From a virus: 41,560 bases of DNA. Below are positions 1 to 9,603 of this stretch, piece by piece. Below the pieces are notes generated by a model, which was given only the letters and a program-made list of their open reading frames with translations, was not told the DNA's origin and made no database searches. Made by a program: the position numbers and the translations under genes. Where the stretch lies: positions 1 through 41,560 of the IMG/VR virus record IMGVR_UViG_3300020112_000115. One strand, written 5' to 3'. Position 1 is the first letter of the stretch, and every line of letters begins with the position of its first letter.

Positions 1-600
1 TTACCTGAACAGGTATTCATTCAGAATGTTGTTCCCGTAATTCCTGAATACAGAAAGTTCAGGCGTAAGAAAATTGTTACCGTCAATGATGCTGAATTGG
101 TTGGTGATACGATTCTTACGGAACGGTTGTATTGTCGGGAATTATGCGGTCAATACAATCAATTCAAGTTGGCGGCTTTCGGTGATCTGATCGCAAGCAC
201 AAACGAAAGGTTGATTGTGTTCTATAACTTCAATGCTGAACTTGATGCTTTACTTCAGATTGCGGTTTCAATGAACAGACCTGTTTCACAGGTCAACGGT
301 CATATCAAAGATTTGGTGGCTTATGAAGCCTATGATGATTCAATCACATTCATTCAGTATCAGGCTGGGGCTATGGGGTTGAACCTTCAGAAAGCCAACA
401 GAATTATCTATTTCACCCTTACAGATAAATCAGAACTGTTTGAACAAAGCAAGAAACGAATTCACAGGATAGGTCAGAATTCAACTTGCTTCTATCACAT
501 TATGATCTGTAAGAACAGCGTGGAAGAAAACATTCTGGAAGCCCTGAATCAGCGGCGTGATTTCACAGATGAACTATTTAGAAAGGTGGTTGACACATGA
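1..600 (+). CDS. SNF2 helicase, C-terminal part (same gene as 40718..41560)
   Basis: Open from base 1 in the frame that continues 40718... Helicase C-terminal motifs 'QAGAMGLNLQ' and 'RIHRIGQ'. Confidence 0.85.
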   Translation, partial: LPEQVFIQNVVPVIPEYRKFRRKKIVTVNDAELVGDTILTERLYCRELCGQYNQFKLAAFGDLIASTNERLIVFYNFNAELDALLQIAVSMNRPVSQVNGHIKDLVAYEAYDDSITFIQYQAGAMGLNLQKANRIIYFTLTDKSELFEQSKKRIHRIGQNSTCFYHIMICKNSVEENILEALNQRRDFTDELFRKVVDT

Positions 601-1049
601 ACTTTTGTTTTGAAGGTTGTCCAATAGACAATTCCCGAACCTGTTGCTTCTATTGTTCCAAACAAGATAGTTGCCCCGAAGCGTGTAAGGCTGAACCTGA
701 ACATTGTGGGGTTGCTGAAGAAGTTGAAGAAAACCATGATACCCAAATGGTTCTTCTGATAAATCAGTACATGGACACGTTCAAGGCGGTTGCCGATATG
801 GAACGGGTCAAGGCTGATATTGAAGCCAAAGAAAAGGCAATGAAAGAAACCCTGAAAGCGGCTATGGAAAAGTACGGGGTTAAGGCGCTTGATGCTGGTT
901 TCTTGAAGATTGCCTATGTTGAACCAACAGTTACCCACAGCATTGATTCCGCAAAGCTGAAGAAGAAATACCCTGCTATAGCGGCTGAATTTTCAAAGGA
1001 AAGCCCTAAAGCTGGATATATCAAGATTACTTTGAAAGAAGGTGAATGA
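597..1049 (+). CDS. Hypothetical protein, Cys-rich N-terminus plus coiled-coil
   Basis: ATGA overlap with the upstream stop. N-terminal cysteine cluster (CFEGC...CCFYC...CPEAC...C). Confidence 0.6.
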   Translation: MNFCFEGCPIDNSRTCCFYCSKQDSCPEACKAEPEHCGVAEEVEENHDTQMVLLINQYMDTFKAVADMERVKADIEAKEKAMKETLKAAMEKYGVKALDAGFLKIAYVEPTVTHSIDSAKLKKKYPAIAAEFSKESPKAGYIKITLKEGE

Positions 1050-1050
1050 A

Positions 1051-1263
1051 ATGCGTGAACTGAAGCGGTCTATTGCAAGGGCGAACATGAAGCGTCTGGG
1101 TGTTCCCCACATCAACCGAAAGAAGAAGGTTGAACAGAAGAACGGAAAGATTGTGAAGAAGTCTTTCTTTTCTCTGAACTGGCGTGATTTCGTGGGCGGT
1201 ATTCCGAAGAAGTACGGGAAACCCACAAAGACCCGTAAAGGGGCGCTTGTCTATGGGCGCTGA
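1051..1263 (+). CDS. Small basic hypothetical protein
   Basis: ATG at 1051 lies 6 nt after 'aaggtga'. The product is Lys/Arg-rich. Confidence 0.5.
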   Translation: MRELKRSIARANMKRLGVPHINRKKKVEQKNGKIVKKSFFSLNWRDFVGGIPKKYGKPTKTRKGALVYGR

Positions 1264-1666
1264 AAAAGCCTTTGAAAACAGGGTAAAAGACTGGTTGAAG
1301 TCTGAAGGTATTTACCCTGCTGGATGCCCTGAACAGGAAATAACAATCCCTGCTTGCGGATGGTATTTCAAGGTTTGGGGTGGCGGTATGCAGAAAGGCG
1401 GTATCCCTGATCTGATATGTTGTGTGAACGGCTGGTTCGTGGCTGTTGAACTGAAATCAGAAAAGGGCGTTGCTTCTGATCTTCAGAAAAAGAACATTAA
1501 CCTAATCAACAGGGGTAAGGGGTTGGGGATAATCCTTTACCCCTCTGGTTTTGGCAAGTTCAAAAATCTGATACAGGGGGTGAAATGGTGCAGTTTTCAC
1601 ATTCAAGAATTGAGTGCTTTCGGACTTGCCGATATAAGTTCAAACTGCATTATCTTGAAGGGTTAG
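1253..1666 (+). CDS. VRR-NUC domain nuclease
   Basis: ATG at 1253 follows 'aaagggg'. Motif 'GIPDLICCVNGWFVAVELKSEKG' matches the PD...(D/E)xK signature of VRR-NUC. Confidence 0.75.
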   Translation: MGAEKAFENRVKDWLKSEGIYPAGCPEQEITIPACGWYFKVWGGGMQKGGIPDLICCVNGWFVAVELKSEKGVASDLQKKNINLINRGKGLGIILYPSGFGKFKNLIQGVKWCSFHIQELSAFGLADISSNCIILKG

Positions 1667-3240
1667 AAACCATTCGGTCAGATGCCAAAGCGGACGATGC
1701 TTTGATTCTGGGTCATGCCCTTCACACAGGAATTGAAAAGGGCGTTGAAGCAGGGGTTCAAGAATACCTTATGGCTTATCCAATAATCACGGATGAACAC
1801 ATTACCGAACAAATCAAGCTGGAATACTGGATTCCCAAAGTTCGGGCGGTGTTGCCAAACGGTCAGAATGAAGTTCTGGTTGCTGATCGTGATTTTCATG
1901 GGTTCATTGACTACTTAGCCCCCGTTACCATGTTCCATGATTCTGAAGTTCCGAACCTGTTTGATATATACGATTTCAAATATACATCAAACAGCGGTCA
2001 ACGGTATTTAGAATCAGACCAACTACACCTTTACAAGTATTACTTTGAACGCCAAACAGGGCAGAAGATACGGAATATGACTTATATTCTGATTCCAAAG
2101 TTGAATATCAAACAGCGTAAGGATGAAACCATTCTGGAATACAGAACACGGGTAACTTCTGAACTGGAAAAGCAGGAATTGAAGTTCTTACCTGTTGAGT
2201 ATGACCCGAACCAAATCATTGATTTCTTCAGGTCAATCAAAGGTGTGTTGGAAGAAACCGAATTCCCCAAAGATGAAAATTATCTTTGTGGGTGGTGTGA
2301 ATATCAAGATTATTGTAAGAAAGGATATGATTTCATGTTGCTTCCCGAAAACAAAAGGCGGTCATTAACCACCCTGAACAAGAAGGTTGTGTGGCTTTAC
2401 GGCGCTCCCTTCAGCGGCAAAACCTTCTTTGCTAATGCTTTCCCTGACCCCTTGATGCTGAACACGGACGGAAATGTTCGGTTCGTAGATGCTCCTTACA
2501 TTCCCATTAAGGATAAGGTTGAAGTCAACGGGCGTTTGACTAAGAAAACCCTTGCTTGGGATGTTTTCAAGGAAGTTATTGCTGAACTGGAAAAGAAACA
2601 GAATGACTTCAGAACCATTGTGGTTGATCTTCTGGAAGATACCTATGAAGCGTGTAGGCTTTATATTTATGAACAGATGGGTATTACCCATGAATCAGAT
2701 GATGCTTTCAGGGCGTGGGATAAGGTCAGAACTGAATTCCTTTCCACCATTCGCCGCCTTACCAATTTGGACTATGAAAACATCGTTCTGATTTCCCATG
2801 AAGATACGTCAAGGGATATTACTAAGAAAACTGGTGACAGAATTACGGGTATTAAGCCCAACATTCAGGATAAGGTTGCCAATAAGGTTTCTGGTATGGT
2901 TGATATTGTTGCCCGTATAATTGCGGACGGTGATACCCGAACCCTTTCCTTCAAGACCAATGAAGTTATCTTTGGCGGTGGGCGCTTGACCGTTACTGAA
3001 AAGGAAATTCCGCTTGATTATGATGCTTTTGTGGAAGTCTACAATGAAGCGAATAAGAACGCTTCTAAGGCGCTGGAAGCGGCTGTAACGCCTGTTCAGA
3101 AGAAGGGTGTTGAAAAGGCAGATGAACCGCCTTTTGATACTACCCCCGAAGAACCTTTGAAGAAGGTTTCTGAAGAAACCCCTGATACCGTTGCTGAACC
3201 GCCTAAGCCCCGTTCCCGTAGACGTAGAACGGAACAGTAA
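1585..3240 (+). CDS. Fusion protein: Cas4-like PD-(D/E)XK exonuclease (4Fe-4S Cys signature) plus Sak4-like RecA-fold ATPase
   Basis: N-terminal half has 'IDYL', 'YDFKYT', 'QLHLYKYY', an N-terminal Cys and 'CGWCEYQDYC' (C-x2-C-x5-C). C-terminal half has Walker A 'GAPFSGKT' and Walker B 'IVVDLLED'. The tail is basic and Pro-rich. Confidence 0.75.
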   Translation: MVQFSHSRIECFRTCRYKFKLHYLEGLETIRSDAKADDALILGHALHTGIEKGVEAGVQEYLMAYPIITDEHITEQIKLEYWIPKVRAVLPNGQNEVLVADRDFHGFIDYLAPVTMFHDSEVPNLFDIYDFKYTSNSGQRYLESDQLHLYKYYFERQTGQKIRNMTYILIPKLNIKQRKDETILEYRTRVTSELEKQELKFLPVEYDPNQIIDFFRSIKGVLEETEFPKDENYLCGWCEYQDYCKKGYDFMLLPENKRRSLTTLNKKVVWLYGAPFSGKTFFANAFPDPLMLNTDGNVRFVDAPYIPIKDKVEVNGRLTKKTLAWDVFKEVIAELEKKQNDFRTIVVDLLEDTYEACRLYIYEQMGITHESDDAFRAWDKVRTEFLSTIRRLTNLDYENIVLISHEDTSRDITKKTGDRITGIKPNIQDKVANKVSGMVDIVARIIADGDTRTLSFKTNEVIFGGGRLTVTEKEIPLDYDAFVEVYNEANKNASKALEAAVTPVQKKGVEKADEPPFDTTPEEPLKKVSEETPDTVAEPPKPRSRRRRTEQ

Positions 3241-3297
3241 GAAAGCAGTACGATATAAACACGGCTATAAGCCGAATAAGAAAGGATGGTATTAACC

Positions 3298-3747
3298 ATG
3301 GCTAAGAACATTTGGGAACAGTTTGATGAACAGTTTGACACGGAAGCGCTGGGTAAGGACGTTGAGAACAGCAAAAGCGGTTCTTACAAAGAAGTACCTG
3401 AAGGAACTTATGAAGTTTCCATTGAGAAACTTGAACTGGTTGCTTCTAAGGCTGGTAAGCCTATGGTGACGTGCTGGATGAAGGTTCTGACCGATGGCGA
3501 ATATAAGGGTTCGATGATCTTTATGAATCAAGTCATTGACGAAGGTTTCAAGATTCATACTGTCAATGAGTTCCTGCACTCCCTTGATTCGGGTCTTGAA
3601 ATCGAATTCCTTTCCTATAAGCAGTATGGCAATCTGCTTATGGACGTTCACGAAGCAATTTCGGGCAAGCTGGAATATGCCCTGACCTATGGCAAGAACA
3701 GGAAGGGCTATCCTACCTTTGAGATTGAAGAAGTCTTTGATGCCTGA
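3298..3747 (+). CDS. DUF669-like phage ssDNA-binding protein (Sak4 partner)
   Basis: Lies directly after the Sak4-like ATPase. The sequence resembles DUF669. The start is ambiguous between 3286 and 3298. Confidence 0.6.
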   Translation: MAKNIWEQFDEQFDTEALGKDVENSKSGSYKEVPEGTYEVSIEKLELVASKAGKPMVTCWMKVLTDGEYKGSMIFMNQVIDEGFKIHTVNEFLHSLDSGLEIEFLSYKQYGNLLMDVHEAISGKLEYALTYGKNRKGYPTFEIEEVFDA

Positions 3748-3804
3748 TACCTGAACCGCTGGTTGGGGGTGAATAACCCCCAACCCCTGAAAGGGGTGAA
3801 TTGA

Positions 3805-5541
3805 TTGCTATTCTATGACTTTGAAGTGTTCGCCTTTGATTGGCTGGTTGTGGTCATGGATATGACAGCAAAGAAAGAACACGTTATAGTCAATGACCCG
3901 AAAGCCCTTGATGATTTGTATGAAGCGAATAAGAAAGATATATGGGTTGGGTTCAATTCAAGGCGGTATGACCAATGGATTCTAAAGGGTATCTTGTGCG
4001 GATTCAACCCTAAGAAAATCAATGATTACATCATTCTTCAGGGAAATGACGGTTGGCGGTTTTCCACCATGTTCAGAAGTGTACCCCTGAACAACTATGA
4101 TGTAATGGCTAACATTGACCGTGGTTTGAAAGCCTTTGAAGGGTTCATGGGAAACAATATCAAAGAAACGTCTGTTCCTTTCGATATTGACAGACCCCTT
4201 ACAGATGCCGAAATTCAGGAAACAATCAAATATTGTCGGCATGATGTAGAACAAACCATACAGGTTTTTCTTCAGCGGAAAGAAGATTTTGATGGTGCTA
4301 TGGGTCTTGTTCGGTTGGCGTGTGAAGGGCGTGATCTGGATTTGTCATTGATAAGCAAAACCAAAGCACAACTTTCAGCGCTGATTCTTGGCGCTGTACA
4401 GCAACCCCATGATGATGAATTTGATATTGACTTTCCTGCTACCTTGCGAATATCAAAATATCAGAATGTGATTGACTGGTACAAAAACCCCGTGAACAGG
4501 CGGTACACGGATGAAAAAGGAAATAAGGTTCAGTATGAAACCATGATAGCAGGAGTTCCCCACCAATTCGGTTGGGGTGGTGTTCATGGGGCGCTTGAAA
4601 AGTATCACGGTGAAGGGTATTTCGTGAACATGGACGTTGCAAGCCTTTACCCGTCATTGATGATACAATACAACCTTCATTCCCGAAACATCAAAGACCC
4701 GTCAAAGTACGTTCAAATCTATGAAACCCGATTGCGATATAAGCGTGAAAAGAACCCTTTACAGTTGCCTTTGAAGCTGGTGTTGAATTCCACCTATGGG
4801 GTTATGAAAGACCCGAATAACGGGCTTTTTGACCCCTTACAGGCTAACAGGGTGTGTGTTTACGGTCAACTTCTCTTAGTTGACCTTATGGAACACTTAG
4901 AACCTTATTGTCAGATAATCCAAAGCAATACAGACGGTGTTCTAATTCGGATGCCTTACGGTCAGAATGAAGATGAATGGTTTGCGCTGGTTGATGATAT
5001 AGCCTATGAATGGGAACAGCGTACACACCTGAATCTTGAATTTGACGAATACAGGAAAGTGTTTCAGAAGGATGTGAACAATTACATCATTGTTGATGGC
5101 GCTGGAAAGTACAAATCTAAGGGTGCTTATGTGAAGAAACTAAGACCCCTTGACTATGATTTACCCATATTGAATAAGGCGCTGATTGAATACATGGTTC
5201 ATGGAATACCCGTTGAAAAAACTATAGAAAGTTGCGAAGAATTGAAGGAATTTCAGTTGGTTTCTAAGATTTCTTCCAAATATTCAGCGGTTTTACATGG
5301 GGAAATTCCGATAAAAGAAAAATGTATTCGGATTTTCGCAAGTACAGACCCGAACGCCAAAGGGGTTAAGAAAGTTAGTATTCGGACTGGCAAACCCGAA
5401 AAAATCACGAATAGCCCCGAACATTGTTTCATTTACAATGATTCGGTGAATGGTGTTCGATGTCCGTCTGATCTTGATAAACAATGGTATATCAACTTTG
5501 CGAAAAAGCGCTTACATGATTTTGGGGTGATGGAGGTGTAA
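3805..5541 (+). CDS. Family B DNA polymerase
   Basis: TTG start follows 'aaaggggtga'. Exo I 'FYDFEVF', motif A 'DVASLYPS', motif B 'KLVLNSTYG' and motif C 'SNTDGV'. Confidence 0.85.
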   Translation: MLFYDFEVFAFDWLVVVMDMTAKKEHVIVNDPKALDDLYEANKKDIWVGFNSRRYDQWILKGILCGFNPKKINDYIILQGNDGWRFSTMFRSVPLNNYDVMANIDRGLKAFEGFMGNNIKETSVPFDIDRPLTDAEIQETIKYCRHDVEQTIQVFLQRKEDFDGAMGLVRLACEGRDLDLSLISKTKAQLSALILGAVQQPHDDEFDIDFPATLRISKYQNVIDWYKNPVNRRYTDEKGNKVQYETMIAGVPHQFGWGGVHGALEKYHGEGYFVNMDVASLYPSLMIQYNLHSRNIKDPSKYVQIYETRLRYKREKNPLQLPLKLVLNSTYGVMKDPNNGLFDPLQANRVCVYGQLLLVDLMEHLEPYCQIIQSNTDGVLIRMPYGQNEDEWFALVDDIAYEWEQRTHLNLEFDEYRKVFQKDVNNYIIVDGAGKYKSKGAYVKKLRPLDYDLPILNKALIEYMVHGIPVEKTIESCEELKEFQLVSKISSKYSAVLHGEIPIKEKCIRIFASTDPNAKGVKKVSIRTGKPEKITNSPEHCFIYNDSVNGVRCPSDLDKQWYINFAKKRLHDFGVMEV

Positions 5542-5544
5542 AAC

Positions 5545-7482
5545 GTGGGTTGGTCTGGTAATAGTACAGTCTTTAGGGCTTACCTTGAAGGGCGTACTGA
5601 TGGAGATGGAAAGAAACCTGTTCATTCCCCTGAAAACAGACGGTATAACCTGATATTCGATGAAGCGTCAAAGTTTGAATGTTTCGGTGCTGTTCTGAAT
5701 GAAGGGTACATTGATATTTCTTTTGACACAAAGGAAATGTACAATACCTTCCTTGATATGGCTGAAGCTAAAGACTGGAAGTGTTTAGCGTTACCTTCCA
5801 CACATGGCGGTCATACCTACTGGAAGAATACAGGCAGGATAATCAAAGGTGGTAAAGATAAGAAATTGGCTGTTGGACTGGTTGCCGATATTCACAGCGG
5901 TTCAACGTACATTCCTCTTTGTGTTCATGGTGTGGAACGCTTCCCCCCTGATTATGAACCTTGGGATGGTGAACAGATTGATGAAGTACCCAATGAACTG
6001 TTGCCTGTAAGAACTAACGCTGATCTTTGGCAGATGGGTAACGGTGAAGGTAGAAATCAGAAATTGTTCAATTACATCCTGACCCTTCAAAGCGCTGGGT
6101 TTGACGTTGAAAATGTTCGGGAAGTAATCAGAACCGCTAACAGGTTCATACTGAAAGACCCGTTGCCTGAAGATGAACTGGAAACCGTTCTTAGGGATGA
6201 AGCATTTCAGAAGCCTGTTTTCTTCAAAGGTTCAACTTTTCTGTTTGATAAGTTCGCTATGTACCTTGTTTCACAGCTTCATATCATGCGAATAAACAAT
6301 CAGATTCACGTTTATCATAACGGCGTGTACCTTTCTGGGTATAGCAGGATTGAATCAGAAATGATAAAGCTGATTCCTGATCTGAAACGGGTACACAGAA
6401 AAGAAGTTCTGGATTATCTTGAAATTCTTTGTTCTGAAAACCATGAAACTATTGAACCCACTTTGATAGCTTTCAGGAATGGTCTGTTGGACTTGCGAAC
6501 AATGGAAATGTTACCCTTCAGCCCTGAACACATTATTACAAACCGTATTGAATGGGATTACAACCCCAACGCCTATAGTGAAACGCTTGACCACACTTTA
6601 GATAGAATAGCCTGTAATGATGAACAAATCAGGATGTTACTTGAAGAAGCGGCTGGTTATACGTTGTATCGAAGGAATGAGTTAGGCAAGGCTTTCATTC
6701 TTACGGGTACTGGTTCAAACGGTAAATCCACTTATCTAAGTGTTCTTAGAAATATGCTGGGTAAGCCGAATATTTCAAGCCTTGATATGAAGATGCTTTC
6801 TGACAGGTTTTCAACCGTGATGATGTTCGGAAAGTTGGCTAATATCGGTGATGATATTTCAGATGAATTTGTTGCTGATACGTCAATTTTCAAGAAGATA
6901 GTAACGGGTGAAACTATCGGCGCTGAACAGAAAGGTCAGCCAAAGTTTGAATTTGAACCGTTTTGTAAGCTGTTCTTCAGCGCCAATAACATACCCCGAA
7001 TGGGTAAAGGGCGTGATTGGGATGCTATCAAACGTAGACTTGTTATTATCCCTTTCAACGCCAAATTCACGAAGAATGACCCCGATTATAAGCCCTTCAT
7101 AATTGATGATCTGAAAACGCAAGAATCTATTGAATATATGATTCGGATAGGCGTTGACGGTCTGAAACGGGTACTTCTATCCAAAGAGTTCACACAGTCG
7201 GTCAAGGTTGATAAGGAAGTTGATGAATACGAAGAATCAAACAACCCTGTATTAGCCTTTATTCATGAGTGTGAAGAAAGAAGCTATTCCATTGAAAACA
7301 ATGAAACGAAAGAAGTTTATCTGAAGTACGTTGGCTTTTGCGCTGATAGCGGCTTGAAAGAAATGTCACAGATAGAATTCAGTCGGGCATTGTGTAGGCG
7401 GTTGGGGCTGGTAACTGTACCCAAACCCAAAAAGGGAAAGGGTCAAGTAAGAGTATTTGAAAGGCGTGGTGATACTGAATGA
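5545..7482 (+). CDS. DNA primase/helicase (prim-pol N-terminus, D5/P4-type SF3 NTPase C-terminus)
   Basis: GTG start follows 'ggaggtg'. Walker A 'GTGSNGKST'. Layout is typical of the phage/plasmid primase P4 family. Confidence 0.8.
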   Translation: MGWSGNSTVFRAYLEGRTDGDGKKPVHSPENRRYNLIFDEASKFECFGAVLNEGYIDISFDTKEMYNTFLDMAEAKDWKCLALPSTHGGHTYWKNTGRIIKGGKDKKLAVGLVADIHSGSTYIPLCVHGVERFPPDYEPWDGEQIDEVPNELLPVRTNADLWQMGNGEGRNQKLFNYILTLQSAGFDVENVREVIRTANRFILKDPLPEDELETVLRDEAFQKPVFFKGSTFLFDKFAMYLVSQLHIMRINNQIHVYHNGVYLSGYSRIESEMIKLIPDLKRVHRKEVLDYLEILCSENHETIEPTLIAFRNGLLDLRTMEMLPFSPEHIITNRIEWDYNPNAYSETLDHTLDRIACNDEQIRMLLEEAAGYTLYRRNELGKAFILTGTGSNGKSTYLSVLRNMLGKPNISSLDMKMLSDRFSTVMMFGKLANIGDDISDEFVADTSIFKKIVTGETIGAEQKGQPKFEFEPFCKLFFSANNIPRMGKGRDWDAIKRRLVIIPFNAKFTKNDPDYKPFIIDDLKTQESIEYMIRIGVDGLKRVLLSKEFTQSVKVDKEVDEYEESNNPVLAFIHECEERSYSIENNETKEVYLKYVGFCADSGLKEMSQIEFSRALCRRLGLVTVPKPKKGKGQVRVFERRGDTE

Positions 7483-8012
7483 TTTACGGCGATACGGCTA
7501 TTGAACACCATATTCTTGAAAAGGGTGGTGTTGTGCAGGATTTACCTTATCTGGTAAATCCTGCTTCCCTGAACATCTGTTTGGGTGATACCTTCCTGAA
7601 GCCAAAAGCAAAGCCTATAAAGCTGGGTGATAAGGTTGAATACACCCGTTGGAAGGTCAAAAAGGGCAAAACCTTCATGCTGTTCCCCCATGATTTTGTT
7701 CTGGCAACTACTAAAGAAGAAATCAAGATGCCTAATAACGTGGCGGCTTTTGTTCAGGGTCGGTCAAGTATTGGGCGTATTGGTTTGACGGTTCAGAACG
7801 CTGGATTCGTTGACCCTGCCTTTCATGGTCACATTACCCTTGAATTGGTCAATGAATCTAATAACGTGATCTTCCTTCCTGTTGGCTATCCCATTGCACA
7901 GCTTGTTTTCTTTGAGTGTACCCCCGTAGCACATGGCTATGATGGCAAGTATAACGGTCAGGTTGAAGCAACGGGTTCAAGAATGTATCTGGACAAAAAG
8001 AAAGGGGATTGA
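7479..8012 (+). CDS. dcd: dCTP deaminase / dUTPase-superfamily protein
   Basis: 'GRSSIGRIGL', 'GFVDPAFHGHITLEL' and 'IAQLVF' match conserved dCTP deaminase blocks. Confidence 0.8.
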   Translation: MIYGDTAIEHHILEKGGVVQDLPYLVNPASLNICLGDTFLKPKAKPIKLGDKVEYTRWKVKKGKTFMLFPHDFVLATTKEEIKMPNNVAAFVQGRSSIGRIGLTVQNAGFVDPAFHGHITLELVNESNNVIFLPVGYPIAQLVFFECTPVAHGYDGKYNGQVEATGSRMYLDKKKGD

Positions 8013-8016
8013 CGTT

Positions 8017-8247
8017 ATGAATGATCTGACAAAAAAAAACACGGTAGACTTCAAGAACCCTGAAGGGTATGCTGACCCAACAGCTTATCAGGCTATCAAG
8101 AATATTGACGTTGCCAACCGTGATAACGCAGATGTTCAGGCTTACAGAACAATCAGTTTGGTGTTGCGTTTGCTTGATCTCATGGGCTATACGCTGGTTG
8201 ACAGGTTGCACATTAAAGACCGTGTAACGGGAAGGGAGTATAACTAA
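8017..8247 (+). CDS. Hypothetical protein
   Basis: ATG at 8017 lies 8 nt after 'aaagggga'. Contains an A9 homopolymer at 8031..8039. Confidence 0.55.
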   Translation: MNDLTKKNTVDFKNPEGYADPTAYQAIKNIDVANRDNADVQAYRTISLVLRLLDLMGYTLVDRLHIKDRVTGREYN

Positions 8248-8477
8248 TGGCGCTCGTTCAGGAAAACAGGAACACTATCAACCACCCTGCACATTACAAC
8301 ACGGGGAAGATTGAAGTGATTGATGCTATTGAAGATTGGGATTTGGGTTTCAATCTGGGTAACGCTGTAAAGTACATTGCAAGGGCTGACCATAAAGGAA
8401 AGCCCTTTGAAGATTTGCAGAAAGCCCTTTGGTATGTGAATCGTGAAATTGAAAGGCGGTACAAGAAGCATGATTAA
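8247..8477 (+). CDS. DUF3310 (SaV-like) family protein
   Basis: 'NHPAHYN...IEVIDAIE...F.LGNAVKYI.RA..KG...DL.KA..Y' matches the DUF3310 pattern. Confidence 0.7.
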   Translation: MALVQENRNTINHPAHYNTGKIEVIDAIEDWDLGFNLGNAVKYIARADHKGKPFEDLQKALWYVNREIERRYKKHD

Positions 8478-9162
8478 GCTGGAAAAGACTGAAGTGTTCG
8501 GTTGGGAAGCGGCTATTCGGGGTATGCGTAATCCCCTTAATAGCTGGGCTAAGTCTGATTCTGATTGGGAATGGGTTGAAAATCCTTCACCCATAAACCC
8601 GAATGATCTTGGAATGAGTTTTGTACTTGGTGAAAAAGACCTTGACCTTATGAAGCGCCTTTGTAATGGTCATGCCGATGATCGTAAGTTTATGCGGATG
8701 CTGAACGTTACGGTTGATATTACAGCGCCTTTGTACTGGTGGAAGGAATTTGATACCTATAAGGTTGGAACGGTTGCTAATAGCTGTTCCACCATGCACA
8801 CCATTCACACTAAGCCGTTTACGCTGGATGATTTTTCACATGAACAGCTTACGGGTACTTCTGAAACGGTCTTGCTTCAGTTGATTGATACCCTGAACCT
8901 TTACCGTGATCTGTATAACGATAAGAAAATCAGTTATACGCCTGAACAGCGGAAAGAATGTTGGTATCAGATGATTCAGCTTTTACCCACTTCCTTCAAT
9001 CAGAAGCGAACGGTTCAGATGAACTATGAAGTGTTGGTGAATATGTATCGGGCAAGGCGTAATCACAAATTAGCTGAATGGCATGGGCTTTGTGATTGGA
9101 TTATGATGTTGCCTTGTTCTGAATTGATTTCCCTTAGTTCTGGAAAAGAGGCTAAAACATGA
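8470..9162 (+). CDS. ThyX-like (flavin-dependent thymidylate synthase family) protein, divergent
   Basis: The N-terminus and overall pattern resemble phage ThyX-like proteins. The position of the canonical RHR...S..RY motif reads 'EFDTYKVGTVANSCSTMH', so the assignment is tentative. Confidence 0.4.
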   Translation: MIKLEKTEVFGWEAAIRGMRNPLNSWAKSDSDWEWVENPSPINPNDLGMSFVLGEKDLDLMKRLCNGHADDRKFMRMLNVTVDITAPLYWWKEFDTYKVGTVANSCSTMHTIHTKPFTLDDFSHEQLTGTSETVLLQLIDTLNLYRDLYNDKKISYTPEQRKECWYQMIQLLPTSFNQKRTVQMNYEVLVNMYRARRNHKLAEWHGLCDWIMMLPCSELISLSSGKEAKT

Positions 9163-9437
9163 TTAACGCAAAAGGTGAAGTGATTTATACCAATGCTGAA
9201 ATTGGTTATGAACTTGGACTTTCACCCGCAACTATAAACGCTGTTGGAAAGCGGTTGTTTGGTTGTGGCGTTGTTCCACATTGGAATTTGGAACGGGTTA
9301 AGTTGATCGTTGAATATATTAAATCAATTTCCGTTGAAGAAGATGTCAAACGGCTTACCATTCTTCATGATACCATTGCTGAAATCATGGGTGGGGCAAC
9401 GGTAATGAACGATGAAGAAACACGGAAACGGGTTTGA
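9159..9437 (+). CDS. Hypothetical protein, possible HTH
   Basis: ATGA overlap with the upstream gene. 'NAEIGYELGLSPATINAVGKR' is HTH-like. Confidence 0.5.
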   Translation: MINAKGEVIYTNAEIGYELGLSPATINAVGKRLFGCGVVPHWNLERVKLIVEYIKSISVEEDVKRLTILHDTIAEIMGGATVMNDEETRKRV

Positions 9438-9467
9438 TAAGTGACTGAATAGAAAGGGGTTTCCACT

Positions 9468-9602
9468 ATGACTATTTGGTGGGCGCTTTTGTTTATGGCG
9501 CTTGGTGGCGCTATAGTGTGGGTTTTTGATCGTTACGCATGGGCTAAATACTATGAAGGTAAGAATGAAGCCTTGAAGCGTGACCAACAAAGGCGGTATT
9601 GA
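9468..9602 (+). CDS. Small membrane protein (44 aa)
   Basis: ATG at 9468 follows 'agaaagggg'. Translates to MTIWWALLFMALGGAIVWVF..., which has one TM helix. Too short for the ORF track. Confidence 0.45.
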   Translation: MTIWWALLFMALGGAIVWVFDRYAWAKYYEGKNEALKRDQQRRY

Positions 9603-9603
9603 T

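Noticed and set aside
1184-1252. Longer 5' extension of the VRR-NUC ORF (start at 1184)
   Set aside because: The extension overlaps the preceding gene out of frame and lacks an RBS. ATG 1253 has 'aaagggg' 9 nt upstream.
3805-5541. Whether the only polymerase gene could be the missing DGR reverse transcriptase
   Set aside because: Its motifs (DxxSLYPS, KxxxNSxYG, TDG plus an N-terminal exonuclease) identify a family-B DNA polymerase, not an RT. Any role in retrohoming would be pure speculation.
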